Shown here: in pieces, positions 22,112-35,525 of the stretch
How the letters are laid out: every line of letters begins with the position of its first letter
Numbering within the stretch: the stretch's first letter is position 1
Assembly: GCF_024521635.1 (NCBI RefSeq)
Contig: NW_026250416.1
Coordinates: forward strand, 620,001-684,000
Length of the DNA: 64,000 bases
Source: Tricharina praecox
Lineage: Eukaryota
Direction: 5' to 3'
Made by a program: the position numbers and the translations under genes
The notes under the pieces: model-generated
Told to the model about the DNA's origin: nothing
Databases searched by the model: none
What the model saw: only the letters and a program-made list of their open reading frames with translations

Positions 22112-23252
22112 CTACTCCACCACGGCTCTGCTTCCCGTCGAAAGTCCCGGCCAATCTGCAGCACAGTCAGCACTCATCTCTTCGCCGCACAATGATGGGG
22201 TGGGGGGGAGAAGACCCACAAAAAACAGTCCTGTCCTCATTCCTCCTGACCACCGTGACTCGATCACCTACTCTCACGACTACCTCCGCACCCGCATCCG
22301 CATCACCGCTACGTAAAAACGCATACCTCCCAAACACCGGCGAGTACTTCATCCCCTCATCGACCCTCCGATCTTTCATCAACTTCTTCAGCGGCTGCCT
22401 GTCGTTCTCCACATACCCCCCGGTGGCAAAATCAACATTGAGACTCGTGCACCGCGCACAGTTCGCGGTGCACACCAGCGTCACCGGCGCCGCCGGCTTC
22501 TCGCCGATCTCGAGTTCGGCCCAGTAATCCTCCTCCCACGCGTGCACCACCTCCTCGCCGCCATCCTCCCTCTCGCCGACATCGTCGTTGGCAGAGAGCA
22601 CAATGTTCGGCCGGAACTTCCGCATATCCACCTTATCACCGGTGCGCTCGGAGACGGCGGCGAGTGAGGCTTCGGTAACGACCAGGAGCGGCGCGCAGTC
22701 CGCGAACGTGATCGCCGGGTCATTCTCCTTCTCCTTCTCCTCCTTCTCCGCGGGCGTTCCAAACCAGCCTGCCAAAAAACCCGACGACTGCGTGGGCGGT
22801 GGTGTTGTCGTCGGGGCAACATTCCCGAGCACCCTCCTGCTCGAGCCACCGAGGAACAGCAGTCGTGCCTCGAAGCCCAGATGCCTCGAGAAAAACGCGT
22901 CCGCATTACTACTCACCGCGAACCCTGCGCACGCCGAGTTATGCATGCGCACCTCCGTCTGCTCGCCGAGCGGCGGGACGAGCGGGAGGCGCAAGGAGTC
23001 TTGGGTGAGCGTGTGCGTGACCTCCAGCACTGCCGTGCCGTCGCCGGCGTCGGAGAGGGAGGAGGGGGGCATCGAGACGGAGAAGAGGCATAGCTGCGGG
23101 ACCTCGCCGATGTGTAGCGGTGTGTGGTCGGGTGCGCGGATCAGGACGAAGGTTCGGTCGTGCGCGAGGCCGAGCGGTGTGAGCACGCTGGACGTGACGC
23201 GGATGGGCAGAAGGGACTTGATCGGGTGGATGTAGAGCGCGGAGATGTGCAT
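22112..23252 (-). CDS. MOSC domain protein (mARC-like, molybdenum cofactor binding)
   Basis: ISALYIHPIKSL, GLAHDRTFVL, FADCAPLLVVTEASL, MRKFRPNIVL and the CARC cysteine motif. A final intron (gtgggt...ctgac...cag) gives the C-terminus RTVFYWPGLSTGSRAVVE*. Confidence 0.92.
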
Positions 23253-24922
23253 CTTGAGATGTGAGCGACGCAGTGCGGCGCGGGGCTTGGTGCGGTGCGC
23301 TGCGTGCGCTGTGCGGGGGAGTGATAGCTGCTATCTAGGGTGAATCGGAGGTGAGGGAGTGAGGTTTGCATGTGACTGTAGGCACATAGTGTGGCCGAGT
23401 TGCATGCAGGGATCAAGGAATCGCGGAGAATTAGAGGTCACGTTCTATGGGCCCTGGAAGCTAGGTCTACATACAGAGGCTCGGCTGAGACGATGAGAAT
23501 GGTTTTTTCAATGAATAAATCATGACAAGAGGCACTACAGTCTCCAAGTATTCCATCTGCACTCAACTCCGCCGGGACGGTATTAATCTATGAGACTAAC
23601 AACGAGGTACGGTAGCAGATTCAATGACGAGTGCCGTCATGTGTAACTGAGTATTGCCAACGGCCATTCAGATACGTCTCAACCCTCTAGGCTCTTGGTC
23701 GCCCCCATTCTGCCTCTCTACCTCAATTCTGCCTCTTCTACCCCCATTCTGCCTTTCCCATTCAACACCAGGGCTACATAGAAGCGTCTCATCCAGACTC
23801 CAAAGGACACAGCCACCCAAGTTTCAATTTTGGAATCCTCATTCACAAACTCCACTTGGAAAGTTAGAGCTCGCCCCGCTTCAAGTAATAGGCCCACATA
23901 CCGCAGAAGCCACACGAATACGAGCGGCGATTCTACTTTACATACTCTACTCCACATATGCATAATAGTTATCCCGATTCCCGAGAAGTATCGGCGTATC
24001 GGCTTCCTTCCTTCCAAGCGAGCTCAGCACGTGAAACTACCTATTACGTAATATATTGACCCTCGGGTCTCCACCAGACAGCGTGTCCCCGAGTGATTCC
24101 TCATGCACATGCACAAACACGAATGAGTTCCATAATCAAATCCATAATCATGTCCATATTCATGTCCATTGTCCATTTTCCATTGCAATTTACTCTTGGT
24201 TTACCATTCTCATAGCCATTTTCATAACCATTTGCATAACCAGCCCCATCCACCCCATCCCACCTCACAGTAAACAATCTTCCAGGTATCTTGGTATCTG
24301 GACATCGTGTCTGGATATCGTATCAGGAGTGGCGAGCAAGTTGCAACAAAACCAACTCTTAAGTTCCAGCCTAACCAAAACCGAACCAAACTCATCAACC
24401 GAATAAACCGAACATGCGAGTAGGTAGAGTGTCCATACATACATAAATTTTTCGCGATCCCCCGATGCAGAAATAGATCATAGATACATAGCCAGATAGA
24501 TGGGAAAAGGCAAAAAGGGAAATGGGTAAAGGAAAAAAAGTCGCTCAGCAACACAACATAACATGACATGACTCCGTATTCGTCCCGCCATTGACTACCC
24601 GCCGCCGCCGCCGCCGCCAAAAGAAACGCAATGGGATGTGATGGGAAGAAAGCAAAATGGAAACGACAATAGAAATAACCCGAAATATGATGTGATGTGT
24701 TATATGCAGCAAGCCCGGGCAACGGGCACAGTCCTCACACATGAACCCGCGCCACTCCCCCCCCGCCCCCCGCCTTCCCAAAAAAAAAACCAAAAGCTAA
24801 AAAAAAAACTCCGCTCACCATCCACCCGGGCACAACCAGACTATGTAGAACTACAACTAAAGATTAAACAGGAGCAAACAATCAATCAAACAAAACACCT
24901 TCCCCTTGAGCAATGAAGCCAA

Positions 24923-27312
24923 CTACACCCGCATTCCGTGATTGCGCTGGTACATCTGTCGGCGTTCCTCGGCTTCTCGGATAATCTCGGCCGACATCCG
25001 AAGGCTTGGGGCTAGGTGCGAGTATCGTTCGACCTCCTCGATGACATCCTGGAACATGACGTCCATCTGGTCCGGCGGCGGGAGAACCGAGGCGAGGGAC
25101 GGCGACATGGTTGCGCCCATCACGAGCAGCGACTGCGACACCATCGAGAGCGCGCCTTGCCACAGGTACGGCATGTGGCCGGCATGGCTAAGATATTTTC
25201 GTCAGTACGATACGATACGATACGAGATGTGAGGTGGGGGCGGGGAAGGAGAGGAAGCTTACTGCTCGGTTATATGCTCCAGCTGGCGAATGCACGCCTC
25301 GAGGCACTTTCTGCAATTCTCCCGAACGGTGCTATCGTGGCCCAGCTTCTCGTTCTCCAAGACGGCAAGGATGTATGGCCGGAAAATAATGGTTCTGCAG
25401 GCAAAGTACCGCAAGCGAAGCACTGTCTGCACGGGGTTCGATAGCAGCATCCGGCTGTGGGGGAACTGTACGGGAGTCGGTAGGTTCTCGTACCACTGTG
25501 TGAGCTGGTAGTCCAGCTCGGCCACCACAGGTGCAAGGGACGAGATCGATGTGCTCGTTCCTTTGCTGTAGATAAGGTGCGAGACGCGGTTTAGGAGCCG
25601 CCGCAACGCGATTTCAGCGAGGAAGTACCACAGATCGTCGCGGCCGCCGACGACTGGCTCCTCGTCCTCTTCTTCAAAGCCGCAAGGGAGGCCTACGGAT
25701 TCCTCAAACTGGTTGATTCCGGAGTGAGGAAGCTCGAGCTCCGCAAGCAGGTCACTGCAATATGTGGTTAGTGTTGTCTCTCTATTCATTGGCGATGCGC
25801 GATTTACCTTTCGAAGAGAAGAGCGTTCCAGTAGACCCGCTCACTCAATTCGCGACTGGCCGTTGGCAGCATCGCCGGTGGATTTGTGCTGAGCAGGAGC
25901 TGTAATTTCATGCTCGTGCTGCTTAGGAGTGTCCACGCCTCGAGTGGCCGGACGATGTAGAAGAGGTATGCCGCCGTCAGGATACTGCACTGCGCCGACA
26001 TCATGGTTGTCCGCGTCATGAGGGACGGAAGCAATCCCCAAGCTGCTGAGAAGTAGGACATTCCTGGGGGATCCTCGTCGGGAGAGATACGGGATATGCT
26101 CCCTCTGGTGCTGGCATTTCCGAGCGCCAGAACGAGCAGCACGATACAACTCTCAGCTCCGCTGCGGAAACCTTGAGACAGAGCCGTCCGGTAGTAGCTC
26201 GTCCAGTTGTAAGGATTCACACAGGCGTACCACACGTTGACCCTCTCGAAGAAAGCCTGGACGTATGCCGCAGTGTTCGACAGGTCGAGAGTGAGGGAAG
26301 AGTTGAGTTGCAATGGCGTTCGATTTAGCTCGAGCTGCAATAGGTGTTGTGGATTGTATTCTCGGGAGACGAGCTGCTTGATCTTGGGCCATTGCAAAAG
26401 GTTGAGCGCGGGCGTGGAATGGACTTTCGGCATGCTCGAGAAATTGGTCCAGGTACCGAGTCCAACTTGGTTGCCCCCGGTACCGGCGTTGGCCAGGTTC
26501 AGGGTGGGTTTCGCCAGGATGTCGTCGCTGAGACCGGTGGTCGCACTGACCGCCGGAGATGCGGCACCGCCGTGCATTTGCATCTGCGAAGGGCTCGCCG
26601 GCAGCGCGTTGTGGAGCATCGATTCGATCCGGTTGAGATGTTCGAGAATCAGCTTGTCTCCTGCGTCCAGTTTGATGCCCGGCTCGCGGTAGATGCATTC
26701 GACGTTCAGCTCGATGCACAGCCGGCACTTCGGACGAGAGCCATCGCACCGGGACTTTCGAGACCGACATATCTCACACTGCAGCGAATCAGTATAGTTT
26801 CGGGCTTGGAGGAGGCGTAGAGCGCTTACTGCGATTGTGGCTCTTCTTCGTGGGTATTCAACACCGTCCACGCTCTGTCTCTTCCGCCCTGCTGTTGTTG
26901 GTGTCGAGGCACTTCCGCCCCCATTCCCGGATCCGTTGTTTACCGAGTGCAATCCGCCCATATTCACATCCCTATCGGAGCATTGGGACTGCTCTCTGTC
27001 GCCGTTGTCGTTCATCCTATCCCCCGCATCGCTCGCATTTCCCGAGGTGGCACTCGCATTCCGCATACCATTCGAATGCCCCCCACCACCACTACCGCCA
27101 CCACCACCGCCACCACCACCGCTAACACTGCCACCACCACCACCGCCGCCACCACTACCACTTCCACCAGGCCCACCTCCGTTCATATTGTTATTTGTAT
27201 TCGATGTCGACGAAAGGTTTAATGAGAAACCGTCCCTTATCGCCGGCATATTCGTCGTCGTTGGTGATATGTCGGGGGACGAAGAACCGAGGATGGCGGA
27301 CATTCTCCCCAT
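24923..27312 (-). CDS. Zn(II)2Cys6 transcription factor, OefC/Fow2-like (from memory), with Gly-rich N-terminus
   Basis: YPRRRATIA^CEICRSRKSRCDGSRPKCRLCIELNVECIYREPGIKLDAGDKLILE, followed by a fungal TF middle-homology region (ERVYW..ESDLLAELELP; WYFLAEIALRRLLNR). Three introns. First in-frame ATG is at 27312; the true start is uncertain. Confidence 0.93.
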
Positions 27313-30300
27313 TCGGATGATGGGACTCCCACCGCCGTCACTGATGCTTCCACTGCTGTGCTTGCGGATCCCGGAGGGACGATAGAACGAGCGGCTGCTG
27401 CGACGCCGTGGCCGTGGCGCTGGACCCAAGGTTATTGCGGGGTAGTCGATTGTGAGGGACTCCACGATGGGCGTGAGGGGAGGGAAATCACCAAAGTGAT
27501 TGTCCCGGTGTGAATGCAGATAAACAATGGTGAAGAGCGTTGAATCCCGGTGGGATTAAGGGACTGTGGTGACGGTGACGATGATTTGGGCTTGGCGGAG
27601 ATGTAGGCTTATGTGAGATGAGTGTGGGGTTGCGTCGGGGAGGTGATGATTCGGTCCTGGTGGATCGATGCGGACGTTGGGTTATATATATCGGGGGGGC
27701 TGAGTATCGAGTCCGGCCTTTAGGCTCCTCGATAGTTGAACAGGGTGCGGAAGCCGGGTTCTCTGGAGACAATAGAAGTACAGTATAGAAGTTTGATATT
27801 GCAGCGTAAGATATGAGCCAAGATATGGATGATGGTTGTTTTCTTGTACGGGGGTGGTGGTGGTGGTGTTGGTGATGGTGGTGGTTGATCTCTCTGACAG
27901 GCGGTCACACGGCTTGTAAGACAAGCAAGTAGTCGTCTCCGTAAGAAAAGATTGGGGAAATATCAACATGCGCCACCTATGACTGGAGTCAGAGAGATAG
28001 TACTTATGGGGCCCGGGGAGGGGTGGGTGGGTGGGTGAAGGGATGGAACAACCCACCGGTATCTTAGCTTCCTAGCGAGGGAGGGCGGGAGGGGTGGGGG
28101 AGGTATTTTTTTTTCCTTCTGTCCACGCGGTCCTATCCCGGAGCATTCACAGGTATAACTGCATAGGGGACCAAGGACCGGTATGTGGCGAGGGAGATCG
28201 GAGGTCGTCGCGGATAGGGATGTGAGCAGGGTGATCCTCGCTCCGTTTCGTTTCTGCTGTGGAATACGATGGCAGTCCGTTTCTTCGGCTGTAGCGAGCG
28301 CGGGCAGCCGCTCCTAAGGATCTGCGGGATCGGGTCGGGTTCAAATAGCCAGCGCCGGGGCAGGGGGAATGACTGAAGAGTGAACCACGTTCCCGAGTAG
28401 GCGGTCCCACGTCCAGAGGGGAAGGCCGACGACGCCAGTAAGGCCGGCAAGAGGGAAAGGGGGGAGGGGAGAGACCGCAAACTGGAAGGCGGGACAAAAT
28501 ATGGGACCGAGGACACTGGCCGTAGGAGGAAGAAGAAGAAGAAGAGAAGGACGAGAGGAGCGGGAAGGACTGAAGAAGAAGGACAGAGCCAGCGGCCGGG
28601 GGAGCAGTCATCCAGGCACGTTAAGTAATCTACATACATTTTGCGTGCGTGGTGTCCTGCAATGGGTTTCTAGTAGTTGATAGCAGACCAATCCGCCCCC
28701 TCCCTCCATTCCCCGTCCCCCCTTCCCCCCACTGTTTGTGCGGCATCGCAATCAAGCATCACACACACACAAGCACACACACACTTCCCCGGATAAACCG
28801 TTGCTTAAACTAACGACACCGTCGAGCGCTAACGGCTCTGGCTGACTGGAACAAGAGGTTGTTTGGGAAGCAGGCTAGGTTAGTTCGCATAGGCTCGGTG
28901 TGGGGAAGGGGCGGGGTGAAGGCGTCGCTAGTTAGGGCCTTGGGTGGAGAGGAGAAAGGCGGAGAGGAAACCCCCCGGGATAAAAGCCACGTGGAATGAG
29001 GGTTTATGTACCGTGGCCGCCCATGGCCGCATTCATTCAGTCAGTCAGCGGTCAGAATGTGGACATGCCGGCACTACATGGAGAAGGAGGTGAAGAAGGG
29101 CAACGAGCGGGCTGACCGATCCTCGTCACCAGCCGGCAGCAGCAGCGGTGGGAAAGCGAGCAAGCGAAAACGTGAGCGAACGGGAACCGAGCTAAGGGAC
29201 GGTCAGCGCTTCACACCATGCCACATGTGTTGATACTCACCCATCGACATCTAGAGGCGAGCGTGGGGCAGGCAGGCAGCGGCAGTTGGAGAAGACAAGC
29301 AACGGGTGGGCCCGCCGCCACAGACGATAGGCTACGAGGGCATGCAAGAGGAGTATGTACCCAAGCAAGTACCTACATGCTCTCGATCCGTTGATACGAA
29401 TGTGAGGTAACTAAGGGCTTGGTTAGTTACAGGGTGCTAAGACGACGACGTGCAGACGGGGATACGGTAATCTATACCGTAGCCAGGTCTCAGCATAACC
29501 AAGAGACAGCCACACCGAGATGTTAGTCGACTAGCCATTCGATTTAGGGCACGATGGACGACACCCTCCGATCGGTGCTATGGGATGGGAGGTTTTAATG
29601 GATGCTCGAGCGAGCGGGGCAAGGTATGTACCGTACATACTGTATGTACATGATTGTATCGCCTTGCCGGTAATGAGAGGTTCCCGCGTACCAGGGAGCC
29701 ACGGCGACGATTAACAATGCTGTTCTCGACGAGTGCTAGAAGGCCGGGGCCGACTGGGGGGATGGGGGAAGGGTTCAAGGGACGCGGAATCCGTATGTAT
29801 GATACGTTCGTATGCTGTCGGGTATCCGGGTGTCGATTCAGCCACATCCGAGAGAGAGCTCGAGCTCGAATTGGTCCCGAAGCGGCTAGCGGGCAGGCGA
29901 GGGCCAAGCCGACAGAAGGTCCTTCCTATCCCATCTGCCCATCCCAGAATCCCAAACGTCAGCTCCCAACCCAACCACCCCAACTGAGTCCTGGCCCATG
30001 GCGACCCGGGTCTTCCAGGTTCTTTGGATGCGGATTGCAGAGGATGGGATCTCTCGACGCCCCCTCGAGCGAGCACGGTAGCGTGTTCCATCTGGGTTTC
30101 TCGATGTATATATCCCCGCAATTAAGGATCGGCTACGTAGCTAATAGTTAGTACAGTTAGTACATGACTCTCGAGACAGCGAGCGCAGCGGGTACCTGGC
30201 GGTCCGGGAAGGAAATCAAAGATTCGAAGGAGTGTTGTAGATGGTTACTAGTATATTCGCCGCAAATCACCGTCAACCGACTAGGAACGAACCAATCTAT

Positions 30301-30966
30301 CTTCCTTGGCACCAACGTTCGACAGTCCTCCCTCCAGCCACATGCCGCAGCGAGAAAGGCCCAACAGAGCAGAAGCAGAAGCAAAAGCAGTTGCCAGTTC
30401 AGGGCCGTGGCCGGTGTGTCCGACACCGTTCGTTGCTTCGGCTAATGCATGTAAGCCGCAAGCAACACAGCACAGCACAGCTCAGAACAGCACTGTACAA
30501 CTCAGCACGGCTCAGCGCACAACTCAGCACACATCACCCCTCGACTTCCTGTGTCCCTAGCCGCCCCAACGACGCCAGACCGCCGCCGACGACATTCTTG
30601 CCCGGGTGCATTCCATTCCACTTTACTCCACTCCACTCCACTGCACTCCACTCGTCTCCGCTCCTTTCCGCTCCTCTCCGCTCCTCTCCACTCCATCAAT
30701 CAACCGCCCACGGCGCCAACCCCGTACCCTCTGCGGCCACTCCCCAATTACCCGTCTCGTTTTTCCTCTCGATGATCTGTACTAACTATTCCTCGTCGCC
30801 CCGTTGGAAACACCTACCCATCCACCCACCCACCCACCGAAAAGAAAGAAAAGAAAAAACACAAGCGCGTTCTAAGTAGCGAGACTCGTTTCTGCGGGGT
30901 GGAGGCTGTGGGGTCTGTCTGGCAGCGGAATGGGGTGGAGGATCAGGACATGGGTAACTACTAGTA

Positions 30967-31575
30967 TCGAGGTTTTGCAACCCCGCCTTACTTACGTCCG
31001 TCTTATTTTTGTCCGTAATTAAGCACAAAAGTTTAGACGAGGTTTTGCAGCACCCGCCGTAACATATCGTTCTTGGCATTGCACAACCCATCAAAAACCA
31101 AAAAAAGTCGGTCGGGCCGCGGGGCGAGGCGACCCATAACCAGCCAAGTCCACAGCCAAATCCACAACCAACAATTCACCGTGATGCCGTGACACCGCGA
31201 CGCCGCGACACGCAACTCAACCGTTCATAATAAAAAAACCTCCTGCAGCGACTACAAGGAATCTCATTTGATCCGACATGATTGTAGCGAGGGTTGTGGG
31301 AGTTCTCTCTCTGTACCTCCGCGCGCGCAACACAGGAGTCTCTGACATGAGTTGTCGTTGAATTCTCAATCAGGTAGTTTATTTACATCTTGGCAGCATA
31401 CGGCGGACAGGGGTTCTAGACAATTTTCCCTGTTCTTCGCAAGGACAGCGTCGTCAGCCTCGTTCATAGCCTCGACGATGTCCTTAACTTTAATCCCTGC
31501 ACCAACCCTTGCACAATCCCTGCAACCCTCTGTTGCTGTGACGACCTAAGGACGGAGGACGTTGCAAAACCTCGA
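30967..31575. mobile_element. Non-autonomous TIR DNA transposon (TA-flanked), 609 bp
   Basis: TA-TCGAGGTTTTGCAAC (30965-30981) and GTTGCAAAACCTCGA-TA (31561-31577) form perfect 15-bp TIRs that extend imperfectly. A subterminal copy CGAGGTTTTGCA occurs at ~31038. Confidence 0.75.
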
Positions 31576-34500
31576 TAGTAACCAACTAACGTTTCTGTCC
31601 TGCGTCCCTCCCCCCCTGTCGGTCGGTACATCTCGAGTTCAGGCAGAAAGCGAACGATACACACGCTACTAGTAGTTGCTCCACACAACTACTACTCTGG
31701 ACTCTAGAGGAGATTCCACATGGTGTGACGGAAACTACCTGGCTAAATGCCTTTTTCTGCTCCTCCCCGGGCTGGCTGGCTGGCCGGCGACGAGTGACTG
31801 AGTCCAGTGGTTGATTCGCCACCTCGCCACTTTCGAAGTGTTTCGTTTCCTCATAGGATTTCATGGATGAACCGTCCTTGTATCTGTGTGTGTACCTACT
31901 CTACATACGTGGGGCCTGCCTGCTTGTGCAGACGGCTCCCGAATTCCCGGGTAGGAACAGACGCTACATACCGGTACTTACAGTACAGCTGTCGAGGTAC
32001 ATATATTTATGAGTGAGACATCTTCAGACTCCAGGCAAATACGGGACGTCGAGTCGAAGATCATGTCAAGCTTCGGATTCCCAATATTGGACACTCTTCC
32101 CGAAGCCTTTGACCAACCCACTGCACCACCGCGACGTTCGGCAGATACAAGCTGTATGTACGGTTGGTGTTGTCAGTATGGCTGGACTATGTACCGTCCA
32201 TACTTACCTATCCCTTGACCAAGTATCAAGTAAGTACTTGTTCCAGCAAGTACCTACCCAAGTACCAAGTAACTATCTACCTACATACCAACCTACATAC
32301 TCTCATATACCGTGGTACCTATATCAAACATTGCCGTGTGTACAATGTACATACAATTTTCATACACAGTCCTCCGTCCATGTCTGTAGACTAATCAAAA
32401 CCGACGAAACCCATTCCCAACTTCCCATGCCACATACGCCGGAAGGAAAGCTACTCCATCTGGGAACCGAACTGCGCCGCAGCGATCCCTCCCTCCCTAC
32501 CTCCCTTCCTCCCTCCCAGATCCCACCCAGCGGGTGGGTGGATGCGTGCAGTGGGCAGACTCGAGGCTCGGCAAGACTGCCCTTCTCTCTCTCCCTCGGG
32601 TAGACTGGTACGTCCATGGCTCCATGGTGTATCGTGGCCTGTGAGAACCTTATTGCAGCCCTCATGGCACCCCCGCTGGGCTTCACATAGAGTATGTACC
32701 AGTACAGTCCTGCCCCGGCTTCTCTGGATGGATAGCTTCGAGTTCAGGTGAGTCGGGATGTCTCGACTCTGCAGTAGTCTCTACCTGTGACGATGCCGCT
32801 GTATCCATCCCCGTACGCTGGTTCGACTCCATTCGCCCCTCCATTCATGGAAGTCCGGATCGAGTTCGTCGTTCCGTCGTTCGTCGTTCGTAGTTCGTCG
32901 TCCATCGACCGCCGGATCAAAACGTGTCGTTCCTGCAATTCTACATTTCTTTTTCTTTCTTTCCTTTCTCTCTTTCTTTTCTTTTCTTTCTTTCGTTTTT
33001 CTTTGCTTTTTCTTCTTCTAGCCTACTGACTCGCTCGCTCGCTCTCGCTCCGCCAGTCGATCAGGCACGGCCGGCAACTGCTCTGCGCTACGACGATACG
33101 ACACGATACGATACGATACGAGGGATCCGATCTGCGGACTCGGCACAAGCATCGCGCCGCCCCGCACCGCACTGTGCTGCCGTTCCCACTGGTTACTAGT
33201 TAGCGCGTTGTAGGTATCATGTTGCACAGTTCCAGTGTTCCAGCAAAAAACGACCACTGCAAGCCACAATCGTTACTACTCTATGATATGTGTGATATGT
33301 ATGATGTATGTGATACTTGGCTCTGAGCTAGGAGACTGGGGACAGGAGCTGAGGAGCTGGGCCGGCACCGTTGGCATCGTTGGCACCGTTGGCACAGTTG
33401 GCACAGTTGGCACCGTTGCTTGTCTGTCCTCCCTCCTTCCCTCCCTCCCCTCTAAGCTTTCGTAGTATGTATCAGGACTCTGACCCTGTACTCCTAGTCC
33501 TCCCCACATTTGCCGTGCCCATCAGTTCACGGTGCACCTAGTTAACCGCGGCTGTACTAACCAGTAGTGATGCATGTATTGTACTCGATAGCATCGTGAC
33601 CGCCGCCGCCGCCGCCGTCGTCGTGATAATCGCATCGCATTGGCGCCACTGGCGCCACAAACTCCCCCATAGGGCTCTCCCCACTCTCCTCTCCCCTCGA
33701 GCCACCGCCCCACCGTCCCACCGTCGCCGATCCAGCGAAACACCTACCTATACTAGTAGTACATAGTCCGGCTAGAAATCAGCGTGGATTGTGACCGAAA
33801 CGAAACGAAACGAAACGAGAAAAACGTGTCTGGTAGGACGAGAAAACTAGAGTACCTAGAGTAATCTCTAGAGTAATCTGCAGCCTCCGGACAATCTACA
33901 CATATGGCGCTCACACACCACACACCACATACACACACACACACACCACATACACCAGAGTCTCGTGACGATTGTTTGCACTGCAAGTCTGCAGCAACCC
34001 ATAACATCCTGCAGTTAGACTGTTAAAATCCGGTCCCGTGTACCTGCTGATCTTATATGATATAGCCATCCAGCCATCCAGCCAGCCAGCAGAGATGAGA
34101 TGAGATGAAGGCTGAACAACCGCGGGTACCCCTGTAAGCTGTAAGCTGTTTCGAGATGGGATGTGGATGAATGTGGAGGGCTGGTCCTTGCGGACTACAT
34201 ACCATGGATTGCGTGGATGGCTGATGTCTCACCAACGCCCAACTAACAGGTTACAGGTAGGTATGTACCTGCAATCATCTCGACGACACCGCAACGGCCC
34301 TCCGCGACAAACAACTGCAGCTGCTGCAGTGCGGTACCGCGCTGCTGGGTGGGGCATTGGTCATTGGGCATTCATTCCCTTCGGCCGAGCGGTGATGGTG
34401 ATCTCACGCACTACTTTACTCTACATACTTCTACTATAGTATACCTAGTATGTAGCCTGTAGATGTGTATTTGGTATGTAATGGTTCGCCCGGTGGGTGG

Positions 34501-35191
34501 TGGGTGGGCGGCGGATGCCGTGGTTGTGAGTCTCGGGCTTACACGAGCACCCCCCTCCCAAATCGCAGTGCGTGGAATGGGGATTTATCCGACGCCACCA
34601 AACGTCCACTACCCGCCACCAAGGGTGGACTATCCTCCCCCCCCCCCCTCCCCCCCTCGCCGCGCGACAGGCGACAGGCGACAGGCGATCTGGTGTCGTA
34701 CAGATTCCTGGCTCACTCGCTCCGGCCTCTATATACATGCACCAGCTAGTACCTAGTACCCAGTAGTATGTACCAAGTTACTCGATACCCACGCCTGAAA
34801 AGTTGATAGTTGAAACTCGAAACTCCAGCTGGCAACGACAGCTTGGCGATGCACCGGCGATGCGCCAGGTTCTCTCCAGGATCTCGCCATCGCCAACGGT
34901 GTCAATCTCGTTGGCAGTCCTGAAGACTGATGTAATATTACTCTTACTCTTGCTCTTGCTCTCTCCATCTCACCTCATTCAGGGTAAACGTTCTTGCGGG
35001 AATATCATGGCTCTGTCGAAATGGCATACCTACGCTTTGACTCGAGGACGAGGCGAGACTCGGGACCACCATGAGTATTGGGCAAGGAATGTACATAGGT
35101 TGGTACTCGACTGCCTTGATTGAAGGTTGAAGGGTGAGTTTCTCCGGCTGGGATAGGTCCCAGGTGGGTGATAGGTGGGTGTCAGGTGTAG

Positions 35192-35484
35192 AGTAGTAGC
35201 GGTGGTGGTAGTGGTGGTGGTAGTGGTAGTCGTAGTGGTGGTAGTGGTAGTAATATAGTGGTGGCGGTGGTGGCGGTGGTGGCGGTGGTGGCGGTGGTGC
35301 TGGTAGCAGTAGTAGTAATGGTAGTGGTAGGGTAGTAGTAGTAGCAGCAGTATCAGTGGTACCTAGTAGTGGTAGAGTACATGGTAGTAGTATGAGTAGT
35401 AGTATGAGTAGTATCAGTAGCAGTAGTCACAGCCGTAGTAGTAGTACTAATTGTATTAGTAGTGATTGTTGTAGTTGTAATAGT

Positions 35485-35520
<36 letters not shown>

Positions 35521-35525
35521 GGTAC
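35192..35525. repeat. Compound trinucleotide microsatellite (TAG/TGG/CAG)
   Basis: Read directly from the sequence. Other short tandem arrays lie at 6466-6518, 17533-17580, 33363-33418, 36927-36987 and 37738-37778. Confidence 0.9.
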
